32,000 bases of DNA from Pseudodesulfovibrio mercurii (GCF_000189295.2 NC_016803.1:1080001-1112000), one strand, 5' to 3'. Counted from the stretch's first letter, positions 17,492-25,412 are shown. A program made the numbers and translations. The notes: generated from the letters alone by a model not told the origin.

Positions 17492-19339
17492 ATGAGCAAC
17501 AAAGTATTCAACAGCGGACTTCGCAATATCGCCATCATCGCCCACGTCGATCATGGCAAGACCACCTTGGTGGACGCCATGTTCAAGCAGTCGGGCCTCT
17601 TCCGCGAGGGCCAGGACGTCAGCGAGCGCATCATGGACTCCATGGACCTTGAGCGGGAACGCGGCATCACCATCGCCGCCAAGAACTGCTCCGTCACCTG
17701 GAAGGGCACCAAGATCAACATCATCGACACCCCCGGCCACGCCGACTTCGGCGGCGAGGTGGAGCGCTCCCTGTCCATGGCCGACGGTGCCATCCTGCTG
17801 GTGGACGCCTCCGAAGGCCCCCTGCCCCAGACCCGGTTCGTGCTCAAGAAGGCCCTGGAGCAGCATCTTTCCCTGATGGTGGTCATCAACAAGGTCGACC
17901 GCCAGGACGCCCGCCCGGCCGAGGTGCTCAACGAAATCTACGACCTGTTCATCGATCTGGACGCCAAGGAGGAACAGCTCGACTTCCCCCTGCTCTACGC
18001 CATCGGCCGCGACGGCATCGCCATGGAGTCCCCGGACGAGCGCGGCGAGAACCTGCACATCCTCCTCGACATGATCGTGGAGCACGTGCCCGGTCCCGAG
18101 CACGACCCGGACGAGCCGTTCCAGATGCTCGTCTCCGACCTGTCCTACTCCGACTACCTGGGCCGCCTGGCCATCGGCAAGGTCCACCACGGCGCGGCCA
18201 AGTCCAATGACCAGCTCCTGTGCATCGCCGACGGCGGCCGGACCGTGCCGCTGAAGGTCACCAAGCTGCAGACCTACGACGGCCTCCAGGTGGTCCCCAC
18301 CGAGACCTGCGAGCCCGGCGACATCATCGTCATCGCGGGCATCGAGGACGTGCACATCGGCGACACCATCTGCACCAAGGAGGACCCCAGGGCCCTGCCG
18401 CGCATCACCGTGGACGAACCCACCGTGTCCATGCGCTTCGGAATCAACACCTCGCCCCTGGCGGGCCAGGAGGGCAAGCTGGTCCAGACCAACAAGATTC
18501 GCGAGCGGCTCTACAAGGAGACCCTGCTCAACGTGGCCATCCAGGTGGAGGACACCGACGGCCGCGACGCCTACCTGGTCAAGGGACGCGGCGAGTTCCA
18601 GATGGCCATCCTGGTGGAGCAGATGCGCCGCGAGGGCTTCGAGCTCTCCGTGGGCCGTCCCGAGGTCATCTTCAAGTACGACGAGGGCCGGAAGCTCGAG
18701 CCCATCGAGCACCTCTATGTGGACTGCGACGAGTCCTTCATGGGCATCGTCACCGAGAAGATCCAGGTCCGCAAGGGCCGCATGACCAACATGGTCAACC
18801 ACGGCACCGGCCGCGTGCGCCTCGAATTCTCGGTCCCGGCCCGGGCGCTCATCGGCTACCGCGACGAATTCCTGACCGACACCAAGGGCACGGGCATCAT
18901 GAACTCCTACCTCGAGGGGTACGGCGACTACCGGGGCGAGTTCACCTCCCGGTACACCGGCTCCCTGGTCTCGGACCGCTCGGGCAAGGCCGTGGCCTAT
19001 GGCCTGTTCAACCTGGAGCCGCGCGGCCGCATCTTCGTGGTCCCCGGCGACCCGGTCTACGAGGGCATGATCATCGGCGAACACAACCGGGAGAACGACA
19101 TCAACGTCAACCCGGCCAAGGAAAAGAAGCTGACCAACATGCGCGCATCGGGCAAGGACGAAGCCGTTGTCCTGACCCCGGTCAAGCCCATGACCCTGGA
19201 ATACGCCCTGAACTTCATCAAGGACGACGAGGAGGTCGAAGTCACCCCCGTGTCCATCCGGCTGCGCAAATCCGAGCTCTCGGCCCTGGTGCGGCATCGT
19301 GAGGAAGGGAAGAAGAAAAAGGGCAAGGAAAACGACTAA
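17492..19339 (+). CDS. typA: Translational GTPase TypA/BipA, 615 aa
   Basis: Diagnostic motifs are RNIAIIAHVDHGKTTLVD, DTPGHADFGGEV and NKVDR, with a C-terminal BipA-type domain. I chose the ATG at 17492 (GGAGA at 17483-17487) rather than the upstream ORF-track start at 17420. Confidence 0.93.
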   Translation: MSNKVFNSGLRNIAIIAHVDHGKTTLVDAMFKQSGLFREGQDVSERIMDSMDLERERGITIAAKNCSVTWKGTKINIIDTPGHADFGGEVERSLSMADGAILLVDASEGPLPQTRFVLKKALEQHLSLMVVINKVDRQDARPAEVLNEIYDLFIDLDAKEEQLDFPLLYAIGRDGIAMESPDERGENLHILLDMIVEHVPGPEHDPDEPFQMLVSDLSYSDYLGRLAIGKVHHGAAKSNDQLLCIADGGRTVPLKVTKLQTYDGLQVVPTETCEPGDIIVIAGIEDVHIGDTICTKEDPRALPRITVDEPTVSMRFGINTSPLAGQEGKLVQTNKIRERLYKETLLNVAIQVEDTDGRDAYLVKGRGEFQMAILVEQMRREGFELSVGRPEVIFKYDEGRKLEPIEHLYVDCDESFMGIVTEKIQVRKGRMTNMVNHGTGRVRLEFSVPARALIGYRDEFLTDTKGTGIMNSYLEGYGDYRGEFTSRYTGSLVSDRSGKAVAYGLFNLEPRGRIFVVPGDPVYEGMIIGEHNRENDINVNPAKEKKLTNMRASGKDEAVVLTPVKPMTLEYALNFIKDDEEVEVTPVSIRLRKSELSALVRHREEGKKKKGKEND

Positions 19340-19360
19340 ACCTGGCATAACGCCAACAGG

Positions 19361-19390
19361 AAAGGCTGCGTTTCGACGCAGCCTTTTTTT
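19361..19390 (+). terminator. Intrinsic terminator of typA
   Basis: aaaggctgcgt (19361-19371) pairs with acgcagccttt (19376-19386) around a ttcg loop. A T7 run spans 19384-19390. Confidence 0.8.
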
Positions 19391-19485
19391 GTGCCGCAGC
19401 CTTGGGTTGGAATGACCCAAAACCGCTTTTCCGATGCCAAGATGACTCAATAGCGTACTTTAATGGTATGTTTTCATAGGACATA

Positions 19486-19514
19486 TTGACACATTGTTCA
19501 TAGGTGAGCATAAT
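19486..19514 (+). promoter_or_regulatory. Near-consensus sigma70-type promoter upstream of the tungstate/molybdate transporter genes
   Basis: TTGACA (19486-19491), a 17-nt spacer, then CATAAT (19509-19514), about 50 nt upstream of the ATG at 19566. The local context is AT-rich. Confidence 0.6.
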
Positions 19515-19565
19515 GGAAAAACCATGCGTACAGTACTGCTTTTCAATCTTTCAAGGAGAGTGAAC

Positions 19566-20543
19566 ATGTCTCACCGTCTTACCGTTATCATCGCTTCCCT
19601 GGCCATGGCCCTGGTGCTGGTCCTGGCTCCGGGCGCCCAGGCGGAACCCTCGGGCAAACTGATCATCTTCCATGCGGGCTCCCTGTCCGTGCCCTTCGCC
19701 GCCATCGAAAAGAATTTCGAGGCCAAGTACCCCAAGGTGGACGTCCTGCGCGAGGCCGGCGGGTCCACCAAGATGGCCCGGCTGATTTCCGAGGTGGGCA
19801 AGCCCGCCGACATCATGGCCTCGGCCGACTACGTGGTCATCGACAAGAACCTGATCCCCAAGTTCGCCTCCTGGAACGCCCGCTTCGCCTCCAACCAGAT
19901 GGTCCTGTGCTACACCGACCAGTCCAAGTTCGCGAACGAGATCAACGGCGACAACTGGGCCGACATCCTGTTGCGCAAGGGCGTGGTCTGGGGCCACTCC
20001 GATCCCAACCTGGACCCCTGCGGCTATCGCTCCCTGATGGTCCTGCAGCTGGCCGAGAAGTTCTACAAGCGCGCCGGGCTGTATGACCAGCTCCTGGCCA
20101 ACCGGCCCGAGAAGAACGTCCGGCCCAAGTCCGTGGAGCTGATCTCCCTGCTCCAGTCCGGGCACATGGACTACGCCTGGGAATACCTGTCCGTGGCCGT
20201 GCAGCACAACCTCAAGTACGTCACCCTGGACAACCACCTGAACCTCGGCGACTTCGACATGAACGCCTTCTACGCCACCGCCCGGGTCAAGGTAACCGGC
20301 AAGGAGCCCGGCACCTTCATCGAGCGCGTGGGCGCGTCTATCACCTACGGCATCACCCAGATCGACAAGGCCCCGAATCCCGAGGCCGCCGAAGCCTTCC
20401 TGGCCTACCTGTTCGATCCCGAGGGCGGGCTGAAGATCCTCAAGGAGATGGGCCAGCCGCCGTTCGCGCCGGTCCAGGTCACCGCCAAGGGCATGGAAAA
20501 GATGCCCGCTTCCCTCAAGGCCCTGGCCACCGTCTCCGAATAA
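19566..20543 (+). CDS. wtpA: Tungstate/molybdate ABC transporter substrate-binding protein, WtpA-like, 325 aa
   Basis: The signal peptide ends in APGAQA. The segments [24 protein letters not shown] and [12 protein letters not shown] match my memory of the archaeal-type WtpA oxyanion-binding family. AGGAGA lies upstream of the ATG at 19566. Confidence 0.75.
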   Translation: MSHRLTVIIASLAMALVLVLAPGAQAEPSGKLIIFHAGSLSVPFAAIEKNFEAKYPKVDVLREAGGSTKMARLISEVGKPADIMASADYVVIDKNLIPKFASWNARFASNQMVLCYTDQSKFANEINGDNWADILLRKGVVWGHSDPNLDPCGYRSLMVLQLAEKFYKRAGLYDQLLANRPEKNVRPKSVELISLLQSGHMDYAWEYLSVAVQHNLKYVTLDNHLNLGDFDMNAFYATARVKVTGKEPGTFIERVGASITYGITQIDKAPNPEAAEAFLAYLFDPEGGLKILKEMGQPPFAPVQVTAKGMEKMPASLKALATVSE

Positions 20544-20546
20544 CCC

Positions 20547-21374
20547 ATGCCTGAAACGACCATCCGGGGAGGGAACGACTTCATGCGGTCCCTCCCCGGC
20601 CGCATATTCCACGGGTGGATGCTCGCCTCGGCGGCATTGGTGCTGCTGTTCATCGGCATCCCCATGCTGACCACCTTGGCGGGCCCCACCTGGGAAATTT
20701 TCGTCAAGACCCTGGGCGACACCGAGGTTCTGAAGTCGGTCTGGCTGTCCATGTCCACCTCGGCCACGGCCTCGGCCATCGCCTTTGTCTTCGGCACCCC
20801 GCTCGCCTTCCTGCTGGCGCGCAACGAGTTTCCCGGCAAGAAGGTGGTCGAGAGCCTGGTGGACCTGCCGATCATGATCCCCCACCCGGTGGTGGGCATC
20901 GCCCTGCTCGGCCTGACCAGCCCGAATACGTGGTTCGGCAACCTGCTGCAATCCTTGGGCATCGAAATCATGGGCACGACCACGGGCATCGTGGCCGTGC
21001 TCGTCTTCGTGGGCATCCCCTTCTACGTCAACGCGGCCAAGTCGGGCATGGAGTCCATCCCCCGGCGGCTCGAAAACGTCTCGCGCTCCCTGGGAGCCGG
21101 AGCGGGCGCCACCTTTTTCCGCATCACCCTGCCCCTGTGCTGGCGCTACATGCTGGTCGGCATGATCATGTGCATGGCCCGCGCCCTGTCCGAGTTCGGG
21201 GCCATCATCATCGTGGCCTACCACCCCATGGTCGCCCCGGTGCTCATGTACGAGCGGTTCACGGCCTACGGCCTCAAGTATTCCCAGCCCGTGGCCGTCA
21301 TCCTCATCCTGGTCAGCATGCTCTTCTTCCTGCTGCTCAGGACCCTGTCGCTGCCCAAGGGGAAGAACGCGTGA
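20547..21374 (+). CDS. wtpB: ABC transporter permease (WtpB/ModB-like), 275 aa, or 263 aa if the start is the ATG at 20583
   Basis: It has six hydrophobic segments, an EAA-type loop SRSLGAGAGATFFRITLP, and ALSEFGAIIIVAYHP. The ATG at 20547 has no obvious RBS, whereas the ATG at 20583 has GGAGG at 20568-20572. Confidence 0.75.
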   Translation: MPETTIRGGNDFMRSLPGRIFHGWMLASAALVLLFIGIPMLTTLAGPTWEIFVKTLGDTEVLKSVWLSMSTSATASAIAFVFGTPLAFLLARNEFPGKKVVESLVDLPIMIPHPVVGIALLGLTSPNTWFGNLLQSLGIEIMGTTTGIVAVLVFVGIPFYVNAAKSGMESIPRRLENVSRSLGAGAGATFFRITLPLCWRYMLVGMIMCMARALSEFGAIIIVAYHPMVAPVLMYERFTAYGLKYSQPVAVILILVSMLFFLLLRTLSLPKGKNA

Positions 21375-22423
21375 TCCGCCTGACCGACCTGACCATCCGT
21401 TTTCCGGGATTCACCCTGGACCATATCTCCCTGCACGTGCGGCGGGGGGAATTTTTCGCCCTGATGGGCTCCACGGGCTCGGGCAAGACCCTGGTCCTGG
21501 AGAGCGTGGCCGGACTGACCAAACCCAGCGGCGGCACCGTGCGCGTCGGCGGCCGCGACGTGACCCGCCTGCCCCCGGAGGAGCGCAACGTCAGCCTGGT
21601 CTACCAGGACCACGCCCTGTTTCCGCACCTGACCGTGCTGCAAAACGTCATGTACGGCCAGCGCTACCACGGCATCGCCAAGGAGGAAGGCCGACGCCAG
21701 GCCCGCGAGCTGCTCGACACCCTGGGGTTGTCGCGCCTGGAGAACCGGCGTCCCGAGCACCTGTCCGGCGGCGAGAAGCAACGCACGGCCCTGGCCCGCG
21801 CCCTGGCCTGCGGCCCGGACGTGATCCTGCTGGACGAGCCCCTGTCCTCCCTGGACCCGCAGTTCCGGGGCGAACTCCGGCGGACCCTCAAGCACGTGCA
21901 CGAGACCACGGGCACGACCTTCCTGATGGTCACCCACGACTTCGCCGACGCCATGATCCTGGCCGAGCGCGGGGCGGTCATCAAGGACGGCCGCCTGCAC
22001 CAGCAGGACACGGTGGCCAACATCTTCCGTCGCCCGGCCACGCCGTTCACCGCCTCCTTCGTGGGCATGACCAACGTGTTCCCGGCCCGTTACGCACAGG
22101 GCTGCTGCACCTTCGCGGGCCACGCTTTCGAGGGACTGCCCGAACTGCCCGCCTGGCAGACCGGGTTCGCGGCCCTGCGGCCCGAGGACGTGTTTGTGGG
22201 AAGCGCCGGGGATTTTCCCGAGGGCTGGCGGATATTGCGGGGAACCGTGGAACGGGTGGAGCGCGAGGGGTTCACCTGGACCGCCGTGGTCCACTGCGGC
22301 GACCAGACCCTGACCGCCCTGGTGGACCGACACATGGTCCTCAGCCGGGGGCTGGAAAGCGGCTCCACCGTGACCCTCGGCTTTGCCGGGGAACACCTCC
22401 ACCACATGCCCGAGAACGACTAG
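21371..22423 (+). CDS. wtpC: ABC transporter ATP-binding protein (WtpC/ModC-like) with a C-terminal TOBE-like domain, 350 aa
   Basis: The GTG start overlaps the permease stop (GTGA at 21371-21374). It has Walker A GSTGSGKT, the signature LSGGEKQR and Walker B VILLDEP. In the ORF track it is hidden inside the long 20615..22423 ORF. Confidence 0.85.
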   Translation: MIRLTDLTIRFPGFTLDHISLHVRRGEFFALMGSTGSGKTLVLESVAGLTKPSGGTVRVGGRDVTRLPPEERNVSLVYQDHALFPHLTVLQNVMYGQRYHGIAKEEGRRQARELLDTLGLSRLENRRPEHLSGGEKQRTALARALACGPDVILLDEPLSSLDPQFRGELRRTLKHVHETTGTTFLMVTHDFADAMILAERGAVIKDGRLHQQDTVANIFRRPATPFTASFVGMTNVFPARYAQGCCTFAGHAFEGLPELPAWQTGFAALRPEDVFVGSAGDFPEGWRILRGTVERVEREGFTWTAVVHCGDQTLTALVDRHMVLSRGLESGSTVTLGFAGEHLHHMPEND

Positions 22424-22439
22424 GTCCGGCCCTTCCGCC

Positions 22440-23378
22440 CTATCCCCGACTCTGCACGGTGATGTAGAGCATCAGCCCGCCCATGGTCAGCCCGATGCCG
22501 AGCCAGCCCATGAGGCCGGGCAGGACGTGTCCCAGCAGGATGGCCTCGCCCGCCAGGGAAAAAACCACCTCCATGGACTGGGTGCAGTCGGCCGCGGCCA
22601 GCTCGGCCGTGGACCCGGCCGTGTGCCGGGCCACCAGGAACAGGCTAGTGGCGACCACGCCCGAACAGGCCGCCACGACGGCGGTCTGGATGAGCTGCCC
22701 CGTGGACGGGGGCGGCGGCGCGGTGAAGGCGATGAGCGCAAACCACAGGGGCAGTGAGCCCAGGGTCAGGAGCAGGACCCGGCAGAAGGGATCGTCCATG
22801 GCCGGATGGTCGATGTGCGGCACGAAGGATTTCTCGCCCCGCCTCGCCTCCCAGACCAGCTGGTTGCCGAAGGGATAGGCGAAGGCCGCCACGAGCACGG
22901 GCAAAGCCCCGAAGAGCACGTCGCGCAGCCCGGATTGTGTGGCCTGCTCCAGGTTGATCAGGACCACGCCCACGAAGATGAGCACGGTCAGGGCCAGGGC
23001 CTTGAGCGGCACCCGCCGCCCGAAACCGAGCAGGACCAGGGGTGCGGCCAGGATGGTCGTCTGCCAGGTGGCCGCCACCACCCAGCCCGGCGCGAACACC
23101 GAGCTGAAGGTCAGCAGGGCGTAAAAAACCCCGAAGCCGATGGACCCGGCCACGGTCCAGAAGGCCCAGTGCCGGACGAACAGGCGCAGCGACTCCGAGG
23201 CCAGTCGCCCCTTGCCCGTGGCCGCCAGCCAGCCCAGGAGCATGACCAGCATCCAGAAATAACGCAGGGACGCGGACCAGACCCAGTGCCCGCCCTCAAG
23301 GCTCATGGCCCGGTTGAGCACGAAGGTGGACGAAAAGAAGAGCGCGGCGAGCACGCCGAGAAGGATGATGCGGAACAT
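22440..23378 (-). CDS. DMT-superfamily membrane protein (putative multidrug-resistance-efflux-transporter-like family), 312 aa
   Basis: It has about ten hydrophobic helices arranged as two halves, which is DMT-like. High GC3 and a clean start support a real gene. The family assignment rests on overall resemblance only. Confidence 0.6.
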   Translation of the reverse strand: MFRIILLGVLAALFFSSTFVLNRAMSLEGGHWVWSASLRYFWMLVMLLGWLAATGKGRLASESLRLFVRHWAFWTVAGSIGFGVFYALLTFSSVFAPGWVVAATWQTTILAAPLVLLGFGRRVPLKALALTVLIFVGVVLINLEQATQSGLRDVLFGALPVLVAAFAYPFGNQLVWEARRGEKSFVPHIDHPAMDDPFCRVLLLTLGSLPLWFALIAFTAPPPPSTGQLIQTAVVAACSGVVATSLFLVARHTAGSTAELAAADCTQSMEVVFSLAGEAILLGHVLPGLMGWLGIGLTMGGLMLYITVQSRG

Positions 23379-23384
23379 GAACGG

Positions 23385-23804
23385 CTACGGGAGAAACAGG
23401 TAGATGATCGCGCTGGCCATGATCACGCCGAACAGGATCAGTTCGGGGACCACGTAGAGGTCGCCGGAATCGAAGCCCAGCTCCTTTTCAAGCCGGTAAT
23501 ACCGCCAGCCCGCGAAGATGACCAGCACCGGGCCGCCCACGAAGGCGAACTTGCCCAGCCAGCCCAGCTCGGTGAGCACCCGGACGGGCACGCTCAGCTT
23601 CTGGTAGGCCACGAAGGCGTCCACCTTCTCAAGCAGGAAGCCGAAGGTCATGAAGGCCAGGGCCGTGCGGCACCAGGCCAAAAAGGTCCGCCGGTTGGCC
23701 AGGCGCGTGCGGTTCACGGCCAGGGCGTTGCGCTCCCTGGCCAGCACGTTGCGCTCAAGGGCCAGCCGCTCCCGTTCCGTGACGTCGTCGTTGGTCTCGC
23801 TCAT
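23385..23804 (-). CDS. DUF202 (YidH-like) small membrane protein, 139 aa
   Basis: LANRRTFLAWCRTALAFMTFGFLL matches the DUF202 LAxERTxLAWxRT signature followed by TM helices. The gene ends 6 bp upstream of the DMT gene on the same strand. Confidence 0.75.
   Translation of the reverse strand: MSETNDDVTERERLALERNVLARERNALAVNRTRLANRRTFLAWCRTALAFMTFGFLLEKVDAFVAYQKLSVPVRVLTELGWLGKFAFVGGPVLVIFAGWRYYRLEKELGFDSGDLYVVPELILFGVIMASAIIYLFLP
23697..23780 (-). repeat. Four tandem 21-bp units inside the 5' part of the DUF202 gene (heptad LAxERNx repeats in the protein)
   Basis: On the plus strand the units are ggccaggcgcgtgcggttcac, ggccagggcgttgcgctccct, ggccagcacgttgcgctcaag and ggccagccgctcccgttccgt. 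Units 2 and 3 share 16 of 21 positions. Confidence 0.7.
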
Positions 23805-23862
23805 CCGTTTCCTCCGCCCCTCCCCCTAGCAGAATCCCGCCCGCTTGTCGCCCGTCATGAAG

Positions 23863-23890
23863 TTGACTTTACCGAACCAACCGGTAGTAT
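23863..23890 (+). promoter_or_regulatory. Candidate sigma70-type promoter for the Cys-rich Fe-S protein gene
   Basis: TTGACT (23863-23868), a 16-nt spacer, then TAGTAT (23885-23890), 40 nt upstream of the ATG at 23930. Confidence 0.5.
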
Positions 23891-23929
23891 CGACATATTC
23901 CTAGAACTTTTACCGGGCCGGAACCGATC

Positions 23930-24859
23930 ATGGAACTCCCCTTCGTCAAGCAATCCACCCGCGACTATTACCGCGCCTGCCGGGACAAGGGGTTGTCCCT
24001 GTTCGACTTCATCCACGGCTACGTCTACGCCCGCTGGTGCTACCACTACATCGGCCTGGCCGGGGACAGGAATCCCTGGTGGCGCTGGTTGTGGGTGCCG
24101 CTGGTCTTCATCATCGACCGCGTCCACCCGTTCAACGAGACCGACGCCCACCGCTCCGGCGACCCGAACCAGACCAAGGCCACCTGGAGCGACGCCTACC
24201 ACGGCAAGCCCCTGCCCCTGAACGAGGCCACCAAGCTCATCCGCCTGGACCGTCCGGTGAACACCGTGCTCCCGGAGACCGTCCTGCCCTATACCCGCGC
24301 CCGCGAGATCATCCTGAACAACCCGGAAAGGATCACCCTCATGGAGTGCCCCTGCCGGGCGGGCATGAAGAACCCGTGCACGCCCCTGGACGTCTGCCTG
24401 ATCGTGGGCGACCCCTTCGCCTCCTTCATCCTCGAACACCACCCGGACAAGACGCGGACCATCAGCGCCGACGAGGCCCTGGCCATCGTCCGGGCCGAGC
24501 AGGCGCGCGGCCACGTGACCCACGCCTTTTTCAAGGACGTGGCCCTCGGCCGGTTCTTCGCCATCTGCAACTTCTGCGCCTGCTGCTGCGGAGCCATGAA
24601 GGCCCACGCCATGGGCATTCCCATGCTCTGTTCCTCGGGGTATCTGGCCCAGGTCGATCAGGATTTGTGCACCAAATGCGGCACCTGCGCGCAGAAGTGC
24701 CAGTTCAAGGCCATCGGCTTCGACAAGAACGGGGCGTTTGTCCGCGAGGATCGGTGCATGGGCTGCGGGGTGTGTACCTTGTCGTGTTCGAAGGACGCCA
24801 TCTCATTGCGGCTGGCGCCCGAGAAGGGAGAGCCGCTTCTCGTGGACAGGTTGTCGTAG
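23930..24859 (+). CDS. Uncharacterised Cys-rich iron-sulfur protein: an N-terminal domain with extra Cys clusters plus a C-terminal 2x[4Fe-4S] ferredoxin domain, 309 aa
   Basis: The two ferredoxin motifs are CTKCGTCAQKC and CMGCGVCTLSC. Upstream of them are ECPCRAGMKNPCTPLDVC and CNFCACCCG. GC3 is high and typical of the host. Confidence 0.8.
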   Translation: MELPFVKQSTRDYYRACRDKGLSLFDFIHGYVYARWCYHYIGLAGDRNPWWRWLWVPLVFIIDRVHPFNETDAHRSGDPNQTKATWSDAYHGKPLPLNEATKLIRLDRPVNTVLPETVLPYTRAREIILNNPERITLMECPCRAGMKNPCTPLDVCLIVGDPFASFILEHHPDKTRTISADEALAIVRAEQARGHVTHAFFKDVALGRFFAICNFCACCCGAMKAHAMGIPMLCSSGYLAQVDQDLCTKCGTCAQKCQFKAIGFDKNGAFVREDRCMGCGVCTLSCSKDAISLRLAPEKGEPLLVDRLS

Positions 24860-24873
24860 AGCCGAGCCGCATT

Positions 24874-25003
24874 GGGGCCTGCGGCCCCTCACTCCAAAGA
24901 ACAGCGCCTGCGGCGCTGCGCTGAAGCACGCTCCTGCGGCGCGAGAGCCGGGATGGAGCTGCGCTCCACCCTCCGAGAGCCGTCGTGCGGGCTGCGCCCG
25001 CAC
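24874..25003. repeat. Cluster of short GC-rich palindromic (REP-like) hairpins with 3-nt TGC loops
   Basis: The hairpins are ggggcc-tgc-ggcccc (24874-24888), agcgcc-tgc-ggcgct (24903-24917) and gtgcgggc-tgc-gcccgcac (24985-25003). The 13-mer gcgcctgcggcgc also occurs at 13177-13189. Confidence 0.6.
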
Positions 25004-25027
25004 ATTGCTCCATGCCCTCCCGGCGGG

Positions 25028-25070
25028 GTCCATTTTTTTGCCGGCCCAAAAAAATGGACGAAAAAAATGG
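25028..25070. repeat. A7/T7 hairpin plus a tandem AAAAAAATGG repeat
   Basis: gtccattttttt (25028-25039) is the reverse complement of aaaaaaatggac (25048-25059), with the loop gccggccc. aaaaaaatgg recurs at 25061-25070. Confidence 0.6.
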
Positions 25071-25412
25071 CCTTGCGGGGGACGCGGCCGCCTGGGGAGC
25101 GTTCGCAAGAATCCGATCCGCTCGGGGCGGCTCCATCTGATCAAAAGTATAGTGCGTCTCCCGGTGCGATACGCCACCTTTTAAGGCAAACCGAGTTTCG
25201 GCGGGACAGGAGCCGCCGCCCCTTCGCGGTCGGCTTCCAGACGCCCGCTCCAGGGCTGGGACGGTGCGGGAAAGAGGGTCGGTGGGACGCTGTAGACAGG
25301 GCCGCCGGGCGGGACGGCGAGCCGCTGTCGGGTGCTGCGCACCCGAATCGCTCTGGGGAGAAAAGTAAGGAGCTTCGGGCCCTTGGGGTGAAAATCCGAA
25401 AACCGTGGCCGG

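Noticed and set aside
19515-19565. A molybdenum-cofactor (Moco/Wco) riboswitch in the leader of the tungstate/molybdate transporter.
   Set aside because: If the TTGACA/CATAAT promoter is used, the leader is only about 45 nt. That is far shorter than the >100-nt Moco RNA motif, and I saw no extended conserved stem architecture.
11291-19565. Sigma54-type promoters (TGGCAC-N5-TTGC) in the larger intergenic regions.
   Set aside because: Scanning the gaps at 11291-11454, 13577-13737, 14479-14634, 17319-17491 and 19340-19565 by eye found no good match. A computational scan could still find weaker sites.
14549-21224. Long shadow ORFs across aspA, the permease, typA and the transporter genes: 14549..16123 -, 14584..16095 +, 16092..17495 +, 17471..19450 - and 19551..21224 -.
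   Set aside because: The reasoning is the same as above. They are compositionally biased, lack RBSs, and are fully overlapped by high-confidence genes. The real ATPase gene is only the 3' part (21371..22423) of the artefactual ORF 20615..22423.
24874-25003. Repeated palindromes, considered as a possible CRISPR array.
   Set aside because: The units are only 15-19 nt, are not identical to one another, have irregular spacing, and no cas genes are nearby. A REP-like interpretation fits better.
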